A stretch of DNA of 64,000 nucleotides from Octopus sinensis. Its lineage: Eukaryota. Every line of letters starts with the position of its first letter. The stretch's first letter is position 1. The stretch covers positions 2,852,001 through 2,916,000 of the forward strand of contig NC_043002.1 of assembly GCF_006345805.1 (NCBI RefSeq), read 5' to 3'. The translations under genes were made by a program, and so were the position numbers. This document shows positions 23,843-38,050 of the stretch, one piece after another. The notes under the pieces were generated by a model that worked only from the letters and a program-made list of their open reading frames with translations, had not been told where the DNA came from and searched no databases.

Positions 23843-24929
23843 AATTTTCTACTTCGTGGTTGAGAATCAAATTAAACAACAACTGTTCCCCCAATCAAAA
23901 GTGGAATTTTTAAAAGTTACTCTTCGTCACACAGACATACACACACATATGCACATGCACACACCACGCACACACATACACACATATCACACACACACAG
24001 ACCACACATACACATCACACACAAACCACACACACACACAGATATGTCTTCAAACCAAAGACAAGAGCAGCACTCAACACATGTTTTTCTATTAACAGTT
24101 TGATTCCGTATTTTAATCGTTAAAAGTTTCACTGACTCAGAAATCAAACCTGATCGCTCGGATCGATAAAACTGAGTGGTGGGGCGACTCCGGTTCCTAA
24201 ACAAAGCCGATTGTCATAGGATGATGAGTGAAGATCGTTGCTCTTGGTCAGCTGAAGTCATGTGATATGACCAGTACATCGGCAACTGGTAATTATTTTA
24301 TGCAACTGAACTACAGCTCATCTCAGCCTACGTATTGCTTAATTAGTTAATTGCTTATGCTACAACTTTTCTGTTATTATTCCTCCCTCCCTCTCTCTCT
24401 CTCTCTCTCCCTATTTCTCTCTTGATGTGATGAGGTGAGGGGAGTTCACGGCTCTTATTCTGACCAGACCTTTAACCAACGATGTCCTAAACCTGACCCC
24501 CTGCTCTGCCATCCGAGACATCTCGTTCTTCTAAATCGTGCATCGCAACACATTCGCAAACAATTTACTTGAAGCTTCTCTTCAAGCCACTTGACCTTAT
24601 TCTCTCCTCTCCCTCCTCATCCTCATCCTCCGTATACTTCCATTCTTTCCATTCCTGTCTACACTATCATTCCCCCACTTACCCCACCCCTATTTCCTTT
24701 TCGCTGACTGAGACATCGCTCCTTCCTTAAATTAGGTCTGTGACACGTCGATGGTTCTCTACTGCAAATGCCAGCTACCTTCTGTCTTACAAGTCTTTCC
24801 TTCATCCGATTCCTCGTCACAGAAATCGCTGAACATGGATTTGATCTTCGTTTGCCCGAAGAATCTCTCAGCTCCCGTAAACTCTCCTCACTCTGAAGTA
24901 CGATACGTGTGGTGGCGGGGGAGGCCATT

Positions 24930-25190
24930 CGTCTATGTACCGACAAATTTGCATAAAAACCTTGAAATACTCGGTTTCACGGGAAAAGAACAAAAGAAAG
25001 TGAGGCGGATTCTCCAAATCCAATCTATTAATGGCACAGTGAAGATTTGTAAGACTTTCCAGAAATTCTCCATTTGAGATTCTTATGTGAATAGATGCAC
25101 ACACTTTGGGGTCTGCATCAACAGTTGAACCAACACACCAACTAACCAACACATTCACAAACACCGGAAACCCTCTTAAATCAAAAATCT
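24930..25190 (+). mobile_element. 3' end of a second RLE-type LINE lineage
   Basis: YVPTNLHKNLEILGFTGKEQKKVRRILQIQSINGTVKICKTFQKFSI*, homologous to the C-terminus at 30270-30396. Confidence 0.65.
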
Positions 25191-26231
25191 TCTGGCTTTG
25201 TTAGCAACCGGCCGGAACTCTTTTATGAAGAACTTAAATTAAACTCAAAGAAAAATCATAGATACACAACATAAATATTGACTTGATCTACTCTTGAGCA
25301 AATCTGTATCTTCCCAGATGGCGAGCGGAATATCTTTGCGTTGATCCTAGTTTCATCCACATTTATCATTGTTTTTACCTGGTGTAAAAGTTATTCTTAG
25401 AAGATTATGTCGCGCAAACCAACAGTTAGAGTCTCCCGGTCAATTTACCGTTTCAGCAACTAAGCAACACAGTTTGGACGTCTTCATGCAACTTGCGGTG
25501 CTTCCATAGTTATTTTATGGTTCTTTGTGCCGTACCTGGAGCAACGACCAAAATTTTTCAGATCTGGTATTTCTGCATGGTCGTGTAGTTGGCAGAAAAG
25601 TTCCCTTTCAATATTCCTACGCGATGCTCATTACACTATTTCATAAGAATTCACTCAAAGACATCTTTATTACCTCTGGTCATTAAAGGTTCATAAGAAC
25701 TAGCGTTGTAACTATATTCACAGTTAAAGTTACCATAAAACTGTCATGGCGTCAATGCAGGAATTTTGGTAAATTTACGACTCTTAATAAATGCAAGATC
25801 TTGATGAATTTCCTCACCAGCATTTCTACAATTCCTTCAGAAAGTTTGCAGTTCTAAGTAGAGCTCCTGTGAAGGTTTCAGTTCCGGAATTTTGATAGAA
25901 GAATTTCTGGTCGTCTGTTAAATCTCTATGAGCAACAAACTGGATCCAGTTATCACAGACGGCAAAACTGGTGTGAACGAACCAGTTCTGGTGTAACTCT
26001 GAAAATCTTGACTACAAGTTCATGTTTTCAAATTCCTGCACAATCTCAGTCAAACCTTCTCCCTAAATCTGCAACATCATTTCTCACATTTGGTCTTCTC
26101 GGCTGAGTGCAGAAATTCATAGTGGTTTCAAACACACACACACGCATATATATATATATATATATACATACATACATACATACATACATACATACATACA
26201 TACATACATACATACATACATACATACATAC

Positions 26232-26990
26232 ACCCTTTTACTTGTTTCAGTCATTTGACTGCAGCCATGCTAGAGCACTGCCGTTAGTCGAACAAACCGA
26301 CCCCAGGACTTATTCTTTGTAAGCCTAGTACTTATTCTATCAGTCTCTTTTGCCAAACCGCTAAATTACGGGGACGTAAACACGCCAGCATCGGTTGTCA
26401 AGCGATGTTGGGGGTACAAATACAGACACACAAACACATACACATATACACTTATATATACATATATACGATGGGCCTCTTTCAGTTTCCGTCTACCAAA
26501 TTCACTCACAAGGCTTTGGTAGTCCCGAGGCTATAGTAGAAGACACTCGCCCAAGGTGCCACGCTGTGGGACTGAACCCGGAACCATGTGGTTGATATAT
26601 ATATATATATATTATTTTATTCTTTTATTTGTTTCAGTCATTTGACTGCGGGCATGCTGAAGCACCGCCTTTTAGTCAAACAAATCTACCCCCAGGACTT
26701 AGTCTTAGTAAGCCTAGTACTTATTCTATCGATCACTTTTGTCGAATTGCTAAGTTACGAGGACGTAACCAGACCAATACCAGTTGTCAAGTGGTTATGG
26801 TAGAGAACAAACACAGACACAAAGACACACACTTATATATAATATAATATATTCAGTTTCCGTCTACCAAATCCACTCCCAAGGCTTTGGTTGGCCCTAG
26901 CTATAGTAGAAGACACTTGCCCAATGTGCCATGCAGTGGGACTGAACCCAGAACCATGTAGTTGGGAAGCAAGTTCCTTACCACACAGCT
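26232..26990 (-). mobile_element. Two tandem SINE family B copies (26232-26592 and 26612-26990)
   Basis: Both show the tail ttgtttcagtcatttgactgc and the head cccaaggtgccac..tgggactgaacc on the plus strand. Confidence 0.9.
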
Positions 26991-27099
26991 CCTCTTACAA
27001 ACAGATTTTGCCACAAAATCTAAAAGTAGAACATGTTTCTCCAACTTCATATTTCCTGATTTTTTCCTCTTATTCTCCTCTTAATATTTACCCGTATTA

Positions 27100-27230
27100 A
27101 AGCAGCGAGATGGCAGAATTGTTACAGCACCGGGAAAAATGCTTAATGCTATTTCATCCGTCGCTACGTTCTGAGTTCAAATTCTGCCGATATCGACTTT
27201 GCCTTTCATCGTTTCGGAGTCGTTAAAATG
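27100..27230 (+). mobile_element. SINE family A, decayed
   Basis: gcgagatggcagaattgtta..ctacgttctgagttcaaattctgccga..ttgcctttcatc. Confidence 0.75.
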
Positions 27231-28524
27231 TTATATTTGTGTCTGGATACGAGTTTATACAATAATGCTATTTGACAAATTCAGTGAAGCTCCAATATTT
27301 CGCAGAAGTTCCATACCATGGCTCTGATGTCTCTCAATAGGAAAACTTTCATTGCATCCACCACAAAACAGTGCGTTTGTCGCTTTAGAACCGTTGCTCT
27401 GGTGAAGAGACAAAAACACACGTTAATAAACGAACTTTGCCAGCACAAAGTGATAAAATCTATGAATGAAGGAAGCGAAAACTTCTGAGATGCATAATTT
27501 ACTAACTTATTAATTAAGCAGTAATTAAGGTGTGTAGATGATGTGCTATTAGTGTGAGTAACGGGGGACAAAAACTACATTTCTACATAAACAGTGCCAA
27601 AGGTTTCACTGTTGATTTATTCGGCTTCCGCCTCTGCGACATAATTTGCCAATCAGGTAATTTACGTTTCGAACTGGCAGAGCTATTTTTATCTCTGTCC
27701 AACACTTCAAAAATAAATCACAAATTAATAGTTTCTAAAATCTTTGTTCTGATGTGACTTCAATCGAAATACAATTGTCTACCTTTGACAGAACAGATAA
27801 GTGATGATTCATCGCTCACATTACGTCTTTCACAATCGTCTGGCTAAAATCTGACCCATTTTTGACCTTCACTAAATCTTCAACTGATAACATTATGATA
27901 TTGTGCAGATTATATTCAAATGCAGTAAACTTCAGCTGTCTCCCGTTGTGTTTTTCCCCCGCAAGTTTATATTCAGAGTAAACATATTCTACGAGTGCCA
28001 ATTGGCAGTGTCATTTATTACGTTTCCCGAGTTTGTTTGCCATCAGCAGAGGCAGATTTATTTATATATATTTTCGTGGTTTGTTTTATCTTTGTGCTTC
28101 CTGTAATTGCTCGACTGGATGAGTGCCATCTACAATGGCGAATACAGAATTTGATGACTGATAATATCACCACAAAAACAATGCAAAACATTTGAGAATG
28201 GCTGCTAAACTTATCGAACGAATTTCATTTTCTCTCTGTAAATATTTTATAAATGCGGAATAACTGTTGCTCACTGAGCATGCGCGCGCACGTGTGTGTG
28301 TATGTGTGTTTGTATTTGTGCGTGTGTGTGTGTGTTTGGATTCGTGTGAGGCACATGCAGTTAGTAAATACCCAGAATATACTGTATACATTAATAAAAT
28401 AAATTGTCAACAAACGGCCTTAATCCATCTCTATGAAAGGATATTAAAAAGTATCTTTACAATAAAAATATTTACTCAAAATTATACGCATATATATATA
28501 TATATATTAGTGTGTGTATGTGTA

Positions 28525-28579
<55 letters not shown>

Positions 28580-29169
28580 TATATATATATTATATATATA
28601 TATATATATTATACAGTTAGTAAATATAGAGAGAATGCGAGTAGTATTTCAGGTGACTTGATTATCAATATACATTACTCTCTTCAAACCAATGAAAGGG
28701 TTTTTATTTCTTTCACATCCCTCATGACAAATAAGATACAAACACAAGAAAGGAAAAGACATGAGAATTATTTTTGCTATGAGTACAGGACGCAGCAATT
28801 TAGAAATTGCCAAATGTTGCCAGATTCTTTTTTCTTTCTTTCTTTTCTTTTTTTTTGTACGAAGTTCGAATGGAATTGGAAGTTTTTGGCAGGAATGCTT
28901 CTATTGTGTCAAAGAGAAAAAAAAGAAACATTCTAAATGTTCAGACATTCTAAAGACATCAGAATCCATCCAACAGGTTCAAGACATTATTGGTGATCCC
29001 CAAAAAGTCAATGAGATCCATTGCCAAAGAACTTCAAGAGTCAGAGTGGACAGACAGAACTGTGGTACCGGAGGGCATTCAGTAGAAATCCTATGTACTG
29101 GGGAGAGGTCCAAATGCTGTGGCAATGCTGGGGTACCGCCAGTATCATCACCTTTTTAATATCCATTCG

Positions 29170-30420
29170 CATGTGGTTGGCTTTTGGTAAAAGAAGTAAG
29201 TTGATATTGGTTCCCTCTTTTGAGTGCCTTACTGAGATTTAAGTTCACCTGGGATCTTGGACAGTAGAAGATCGAGTTGGTTCTTGAAGACATTTATTCC
29301 AAATCTATGTAAGTCTCTCAGATATTCTTGGCAATATATTAAATGGTTGTGGGACTTTGAAATCCAAGCATTCTCAGGCTCTACCCGAGATAAAAGAAGT
29401 AGGAGCTTGCGATCAGTGCAGACAGCCTTTGAATGTCGCGTTAGTCTCTCTCAGACAGCACTTGCTAAACAACAGCAGAAAAAAGGAATAACACTTTGTG
29501 CTGACAAATGAAGAAAACAATATGTCACGTGTTGGAAGCGAGCTTCTCGGGAATTACTCTCTTTCTGATGACCACCCATACGACTTCAAAACAGTTGGAC
29601 TAGCAGACCTCAAGAAGACCTGGAAGTGAAACGCTCAGCATACCAAAAACAAAGACCATGCAGGGGTATAATTCTCGTAGACTTGAAGAACAGTGACATA
29701 AAGCAAAGCCTCTCTTGGACTCGTGACCGCTACATCACATTATACTTCGGAGGCTGTGCATTTGTAATCCAAGAACAGAAGATTGCTACTAAATGTCTAA
29801 TCAACAAAAGAGACGGCGAAACCTTTGGAGTTCCAAGATGCAACCATAAATGTAGATTATGCCATATTTCTGTGAAAGACATCACACATGCGATTAGCAG
29901 CGGCTCCAAAATGTCATCAAGGTGTTGCCTCCCTCTGGGACATGGCGCTGTCGCCAAAACGACATACAATGCGATTCGGAAAAAAAAGACTGTCCTGGAA
30001 TAAATATAGAGAATGCCTCTGTTATTGAATACTTACACAAATAACAGCAGAAGGAATATTGGTGGAACATTCCATCAAGGCATCTGTCAAGTGTAAGCAT
30101 AACATGCCGGATGTTGTAGTTTGAGGCAGACAAGGAAAGTATTACCGTTACAAAGGTCAGCTGTTCTGTTGAAAATGAAACAGAAAGAACTTAACTATGG
30201 ACAACCGCCTCGAAACGTCCATCTTTTAGATCCGGGTTACAAAGTTACATTTATACCAGTAATTATTGGAGCCCTTGGCTTTGTGAGTAAATGCCTAACT
30301 GTCAGTCTGGATAAGTCTGGACTTTCAGAAAAAGAAATCACCCAAATGGCTCCTACATTACAAATGCAATTTCTTAGCGGAACAGTACAACTATAGAGAA
30401 TTTGTTACGGGTTTAAAATG
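29170..30420 (+). mobile_element. Decayed RLE-type (R4/NeSL-like) LINE, post-RT region to C-terminus
   Basis: LVPSF..LRSVQTAFECR..GCAFVIQEQKIATKCLINKRD..HKCRLCH..DITHAISS..HGAVAK..WWNIP..FIPVIIGALGFVSKCL..LQMQFLSGTVQL*. Confidence 0.75.
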
Positions 30421-30526
30421 TGGCATTGTTTTCACTATCAACATTCCAAAGATGGAGCTTTGTATCTTTGTTAGAAACCAGCACCTTCTTCAGAGGAAGA
30501 ATCTAAATGATTAAATGCAGAAGAGA

Positions 30527-30675
30527 CATACATACATACATGCATACATACATACATACATACATACATACATACATACATACATACATACATACATGCA
30601 TACATACATACATACATACATACATACATACATACATACATACATACATACATACATACATACATACATACATAC
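30527..30675. repeat. (CATA)n microsatellite
   Basis: Directly visible. Confidence 0.98.
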
Positions 30676-30894
30676 AGTTGAGATCTCGAGATGTTCGAAA
30701 TAGAAAACACGTAGCAGTGTTCAAACGATTTGAACTTACACTCCGAAGTCTATGTCCACGGGATAATGAGTGGCAATAAGTGGAATCCAGGTGAACTGAA
30801 ATGCAGATAATGTTGCAGGTAAACACGATAATAGAGAGATATATAGTTAGATACAAAACTAAATATATTCAGAAGATTAAACAAAAATGTAAAA

Positions 30895-30941
<47 letters not shown>

Positions 30942-31300
30942 CAAATATATTTACATAGTCTATAAACAGTACCGAAAACTAAGGGAAGAATGCATAGTTT
31001 TTTAACACAACAGCCGTTTGTGGGACGTATATTTCTGTGGATGGATTCATAGAGACATATCCATCCATCTTCGGGTTGAATACCCATGGCCTCTGGCATA
31101 TTCCATCTTTTAATTATGAACATAACAGCTATTACGTAATTGTGACCTCCCAGAAACAGCTGTCGCGTTATGCATTCTCCCCTTAGTTTTCTGCATTCTT
31201 TATACTCCATATAGAAGTAAATTTATTTGTAAACATATATAAATATTTATATATCCTTATACTTATGTTTTTCTCCTCTGAATATTTTAGTTTTTGTATG

Positions 31301-31373
<73 letters not shown>

Positions 31374-31725
31374 TATATATATATATATATTATATATATA
31401 TATATATACCTATTTGTACATCTATATATGTACATGTATTATATTTACACACATCAAGTTTAATCGTATTTATCTGCATCACTACCTCTGTGTGTGTATG
31501 TGTGTACATATGAATGCATGTATGTATGTGTATATAATTTAAGCGCATCGTGCATACCCATACAATAAAACACATGTAAACGAGATATACACAAACGTAT
31601 GCTAAATACACGGAGCTGGGTTTGGGAGGCGGAGTCTATTCCAATGTGACAATCTTCAGATTATTTCTGCAACAAGATTCGCAGCCCCATCCTGCTTGCC
31701 CTTCAAGCTGTGGACTACTTACACA

Positions 31726-31824
<99 letters not shown>

Positions 31825-32590
31825 ACACAAACGCACACGCACACGCACACACGTATTTCCCATTCTATTACAACAAAATGATTGAAAAAGCAGATGATTG
31901 AAATCTTATGTTAAAGAATAAGAATAATATATCATTATTCTCAAGAGTCAAGACCCAATGCCTTGCAATTATTAGGGGCGTGGAGACCAACTTTCATCGC
32001 ACAAAATAATAACATGCAACGAACTTTTTGCGGTACTCATATTTTTCTGTCCCCAAATTAAAAGCTCTCTTTCTTAGCCGTAACCCTCCGGCAACCAAAT
32101 TACATCACCAAATGACGACATACTGACAACAAATATTTCAGTTTTCTATTTAAAAAAAAGTCTGTTTTCTTTTTGGTATATGGTTCGTAATGTTATTGAT
32201 ATGAACTCAAGAGTTGAAACATAATTTGTTTGTCTCGGGAGGGTAATTCTGCTAATAATAAACACACACGCTGTCTTTTAATTCCTAGACTAGGTTACTG
32301 AACTTATAATTTCTTAACAGTTGTCTAACCAAAATATCACACTGGCCCAGCAGTGAACTGCTTCTACTCGTTTTCATGATGACCACAGACTTCAAAGAAA
32401 TTCTGGTTAGAAGATTAAAGTCCCGCAATTGTGATGAATGCTTGATCCTCGGGCAGTGACAGCTTGCGTCAAACACCTCTCACGCTTAGCTCTTAACAAA
32501 ACTTGGGGGTTAAGGATCGAGTTGTGTGCAGTGTGCGCGTGTGTACGGGATTGTGTATGTTTGTATGTAGTATATGTGTGTGTTTGTGTT

Positions 32591-32626
<36 letters not shown>

Positions 32627-33304
32627 AGCGCGTGCGCGTGCTTGTGTGCGTTTCTTATACGAAATCCAGGATCAGAAGTCGAGAAGTTCCTGTTTTCTTT
32701 AAGCAACATTCTAGAATTATATGAATTGATTTAATCAAGGATCGCAGCCGCGTTTTTACCGAAATCCAACCTTTTTTATGGCAGACGACATTACAAAAGA
32801 TAACGTTAAGAACGTTACCAGTCAAACTTATTCATACATCAATACTAATTAATACACACACACACACACAGACACACACACACATACGTACACACATGCA
32901 CACATATACATACACACACATACACACAAACACGCTATTACACACACACACACACACACACACATAGTGCTGTGTGACCTGAGAAATATTCCTGTTAAAT
33001 TTTAGACAAAGATTCTTTATCATATTCCAACATGGTTTTCCAACTAGTTTTGTCCCCAATGAAAGAGTTATTCTCTGCTGAAAATCCACATTTAATTTCC
33101 GGTGGAACCGTTCAGCTATAAATGCAAATAACTTCTCTCTCACTCACTCACTCTCTCTCTCCCTCTCTCTTTCACACACACTCTCTCTCTCTCTCTCACT
33201 TTCTTTTTCTCTCACATACACACACAAACTTTCTATCTATTTTGTCCTCCTCATATCTCTCTCTCCCTCTCCCTCTCTCCCTCTCTATCTCTCCCTCTCT
33301 ATCA

Positions 33305-33345
<41 letters not shown>

Positions 33346-33520
33346 ACTTAGACATCTGTACAGGTTCAACTCACTTATCTACTCTTCTTTTATCTTTCTC
33401 TCTCTCTCTCACTAATATCTCTTTCGTTCTTTCTTGTAATAACTCTTTCCTTCTTTCTTTCTCGTATCTTTATACTTTCTCACTTTATACTTTAACCTAT
33501 CTTTATACTTTCTCACTCTT

Positions 33521-33555
<35 letters not shown>

Positions 33556-33651
33556 ATCTATCTATATATCTTTCTCTCTCTCTCTTTCTCAATCTCTCCC
33601 TTCCCCTTTTTTCTTTCTATTTTTTCTGTCTTTCTGCTTATGAAGTGACCT

Positions 33652-33665
33652 GTTACCATGGAGAC
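33652..33665. promoter_or_regulatory. RFX X-box-like motif GTTACCATGGAGAC
   Basis: Close to the consensus GTTRCCATGGYAAC; single site with no linked gene identified. Confidence 0.25.
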
Positions 33666-35986
33666 AATAATTATTATAAATACTCCAATAATTCAATGAG
33701 AAATTTCCCGTGAAAAGCTGCCACTGCTCTCCATGAGATTCCATCTACTTTATTCAAGGGACCAGCGACCATTTCTTTTTCGGCCCCACTCAACAAACTG
33801 CATTGATTCTCTTTGAGGAAATTCCTCATTGTCCATTCCTTAACCTTTCATTTCTTCTCTTTCTACTTCGGAGTTAATGTGGCTCGTCGTATTAATGAAG
33901 AATTATAAAATGGTTTCCAGTATATTAAATAGCAGCGAAAATGGAAAATCATTCTTTAATGCTTGGTTATAAATCTTGTTTCTATTAACAGTTTAATTAC
34001 GAGAGTATAACGTTGTTTGTAGTTTAATAAAAGCGTTGTAAAGGTGAATAGAGAAAAGAAGACGAGGGTCGATCATAATATGTAATCGAATGCTTCTTGT
34101 ATTTACGCCGTTTGTGGGTTATGAAACGATGTTGCTGGTGTAAGCCTTTAAGCGACAAAGGAAATACATTAGCGAACGGAGAAGCGCTCAAAGAATCAAA
34201 CAAATTAACGGTTTGTAACAATGTCGTCTTAAATATTCATGAAACTTCAGTCATTTAGGTATTATTATTTTTGACAGGACAAAACCTTTGCAGTTGGCTA
34301 AATAATGGACATTGTTTTGTTTTGTGTTTTGTTTTGTGTTTTTTAGTACCATTGAACAATTTCCTGTTCATATTGGTGTTGTTAGTGAGTAGCCTTACTC
34401 AGTTCTGCTTCAGTAAGTCTTTGTCACACAGGAAATCAATCGAATATCATTGAGCAAACAACATATTCAACACCTCACATATGCAAATATGTTTCGATCG
34501 TCTGCTTCCAATAACAGACATGGCGTCTTCTTCAAACTTATCTACCCTGTCTTAGTATGTCAGTTTTAAAACGTCATCTTTCTTTCCTTTTTGTTCTCTG
34601 TATTTTGAACAGATCGATCAATGAATTACAAACTGCCTTGATGGTGTTTCACCAACTTAGAAAAATTTGTGGACATAAAAAGCTTTAAGACTTAAGAGAA
34701 GATGAAGTGAAGAGCTGTGATGTTCATGCCTTTCCTAAAAGCTACTGAGATGAAACGATACCAATCAGTTATAAGGTGCTCGGGTAGCTGACAGACGTGG
34801 AGTTTCTCCCCGAGACGGTAGAGGTACTCCTTCCCGGAATCCAGGAGTTTTTATGGGTCTCCTTTACTAACTAGGTCCATTTCAAACATTTTAAAGGAAT
34901 AGAAAACACTTCGATAGTGACTGTTAATGCCGACCGAAAAGGTGGAATATAAATAGTTGAGCCGAGGTGTATTTCACTCCATGACATTCACTATGATCAA
35001 TCTTCACAGATTTAAGGTTCCAGTTGAATTCTATTCCAAAAGACATCGAGTTAAAGAAAAATTGTTAAAACTCAGTAAAATCTAATCACCAATAACGTCT
35101 GAAAGTATTTTTTAACCATAAGTACACATCTACCTGACATCTATGCGTTGGTTCCAGTATTTTGGAATATGGCAGTTTCCTACTGGGCTTTTATTCTTTA
35201 AAGTTTCTGATTTTACATTGATGGATCTTCGTGGTTAACCGACGAGGATTCAGTTGTTCGATCAGCTGAATTACTTGCCCCTGATTTAACGTGTAAATAG
35301 CTGAATATTCCTGAAACTCTAGCATAATTCTTAGGTAGGATCAATATGACACAATATATGACAAGCCTATATCTTTTGAATTACGGATACATTCCACCTG
35401 AAGGGTTCCGTACAGCTTCCCCTCTTACCAGCTTGACTCACCAAGTATAGATCAACCTGTGACTATAGAAAACATTTTCCCAATATGCCATACGGTGGAA
35501 TCGAGCCCGGCACCTTGTGATTGCAAAATGAACTTACCTATTTGACTATACTCTATCCAGCATTAATGGTACCGTCTCAAACTGACCCAGATTCTGCGAT
35601 AATCCCCAAAACATTTTCCCTTAAAAGTTTCTACATTTCAATATTTCGTAACTAGCTTTGCTTTCTTCCAATCTTTCTTTAGACGTATCACTTTGATTCC
35701 CATCAATCTTCCTAAGCTGCTTTCGTTGGATATTTTTGGTAGTCTACATTGGTCTTATTTTACAGAATTTCCTTGATACATTTAAGCAGCGTCTCAACGA
35801 TAATCCGGATTATTCAATAAGGCATAGGACATGTTTTCTATTTAAAGATGTTCCGTGTTTTTCTGATGCAAGTCTCTAAGTTTTTTTCCCTTCCTCTATT
35901 CTATAGTTTGGTATAATTTTATTTTTTGCATTTCTCGACGTTCTTTCTCACTCTTTCTCTATTTCTTTCTCTCTCTGTATGTATAA

Positions 35987-36034
<48 letters not shown>

Positions 36035-36254
36035 TGTGTGTTTTGCTCTGCTGGTTCTTTTTCTGCAGACCACTCTTAACTGAAAAGCTTTCATTCACTA
36101 AGCCATAATGCTTCGGTTTAGGAAACCTCCTCGCAAATAACCGAGATTTGTAAAACTTTATTTTACTTTAATGCAGCGAAATAGAAAATAAAACTGTGAC
36201 GTGATATTTTTTTTCCATTGAGTTTAGTTAGAAAGGCTTCGAAGTGTTTTAAGG

Positions 36255-36460
36255 ATTTAGCTGTAAGTGGGCGAGCGGACAGCATTGTTAGCAGGCCGTA
36301 CAAAATGCTTGCCCGCATTTCATCCGTCTTCAAATTCCGCAGAGGTCGACTTTGCCTTTCACCCGCTCCTGGATCGACAAGGTAGGTACCAGCAGAATAC
36401 CAGTAATCGACTTACTCCTCTCTCATGAAATTTCTGGCCTTGTGCCAATATTTGAAACCA
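36255..36460 (+). mobile_element. SINE family A, decayed
   Basis: gggcgagcggacagcattgttagc..ttcaaattccgcagaggtcgactttgcctttc. Confidence 0.75.
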
Positions 36461-36626
36461 AACATAGATCAAAATGTAACGAATCTGTGAGTGGTTTCGA
36501 GTCACACTTAAACCCTAATTATTTTCTTTTATTCAACCGATGTGTTTGGCATAGAAGGTTTTAGCCTTCCGTATCAGTTGGTTTTGGTTGGTGGGGGTGG
36601 GGCTTCAATGTATATCATACTGAGTA

Positions 36627-36930
36627 AAGGCGCTTGGCTTGGTGCTTAGGATAATCGACTCACGATCGTAAGGTTGTGAGTTCGATTCCCAGCGGAAAGT
36701 TGTGTCCTTGAGCAAGACACTTTATTTCACGTTAATCCTGTTCACTTATTTGGCAAAAATGCGTTATACCTGTAATTGATAGGGGCCAGCCTTGTCACAT
36801 TCTGTGTCATACTGAATCTCCCCATAAACTACGTTAAGGGCACGCGTGCCATTTTCATGTAAATTTCTCGATCAGGTTGTGCCATTGATCGAATCAACTG
36901 GAAAACACGTCGTCGTAACCGACGGAAAAC
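36627..36930 (+). mobile_element. SINE family C
   Basis: ggcgcttggcttggtgcttagg..gtgagttcgattccc..gtgtccttgagcaagacactttatttcacg..ctacgttaagggcac. Confidence 0.85.
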
Positions 36931-36984
36931 CAGTTGTATCATATTGACCATATATTGCTACTTTATGCTCCTCTTCTAATATAC

Positions 36985-37074
<90 letters not shown>

Positions 37075-37314
37075 TATACATACATATACATATATCAATA
37101 ATAAAGTGATTGTTTCTTATCAGGAACAGAATGTTCAAAAGGACTGCTATAGAAGTGCTCAAGTAAATGAGGCAAATATATTAAACTATGGTTGCAGAAC
37201 AAACAAATCTAAGGTCATCCACCTAACATATCACATCTCGAACGTTTAAATGTTTGAAATGTGATATGTTAGGTGGATGACCTTATATTTGTTGTTTGTT
37301 CTGCAACCAAAGTT

Positions 37315-37402
<88 letters not shown>

Positions 37403-37426
37403 ATATACATATACATATACATATAC

Positions 37427-37460
<34 letters not shown>

Positions 37461-37600
37461 ATATATATAACATATACATATACATATACATATATAAACA
37501 TATACATATATGTACATATACATATACATATATTAGATAACGGTTTGCAGCCGTTTACTCTACATGCAGGAATTGAACATCTATTTTGTATATCTTAAAA

Positions 37601-37686
37601 TACCTCTGAAGAGATTCGACTTTCAAATAATTTTTAAATTAATTAAGCAATTTTCCGACGGTCTGGAATTGAAACAGCTGTAAGGG
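37601..37686 (+). ncRNA. Minimal type I hammerhead ribozyme motif (Penelope/retrozyme type)
   Basis: Stem I ccu/agg; core CUGAAGA; stem II gauuc..gaauu; GAA; palindromic stem III ACAGCUGU; predicted cleavage after GUA. Confidence 0.6.
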
Positions 37687-37827
37687 ATGGTTGTCAATTT
37701 TTTAATTAATAAATAATAATTTATTAATTACCTCTCTGTTTTCTCATCTTATTATTACAATAAATAAATATATATAAACCACGGTTTAAATAGCCTCCTT
37801 GCAGTTGAGTATTAAATGTAATTTTCA

Positions 37828-37866
<39 letters not shown>

Positions 37867-38050
37867 GTATGTATGTATATATTTGTGTGTATGTGAGTAT
37901 GCGTTCTTAAAACTCGCCACCAAAATACAGTGTTTGAGCGCTCTTATCCCGTATGTTATTATGTATTAGTGTGATTATCATAATGTTTGGACATGTTTCA
38001 GTATGATAGGGGGGGGGATAAATAATTTACGAAATTAATTTCGACATCTG

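Noticed and set aside
25300-26100. Coding-like unique sequence on the minus strand
   Set aside because: Multiple stops in all frames and no motif I could recognise.
31180-31200. gaaacagctgtc as another hammerhead
   Set aside because: The stem III palindrome is present but there is no upstream CUGANGA core.
34520-34690. Resemblance of LIYPVL..SINELQTA to the GCKIII/PDCD10 dimerisation helix
   Set aside because: The two motifs are not in a frame that the visible splice sites can join, and they are too short to trust.
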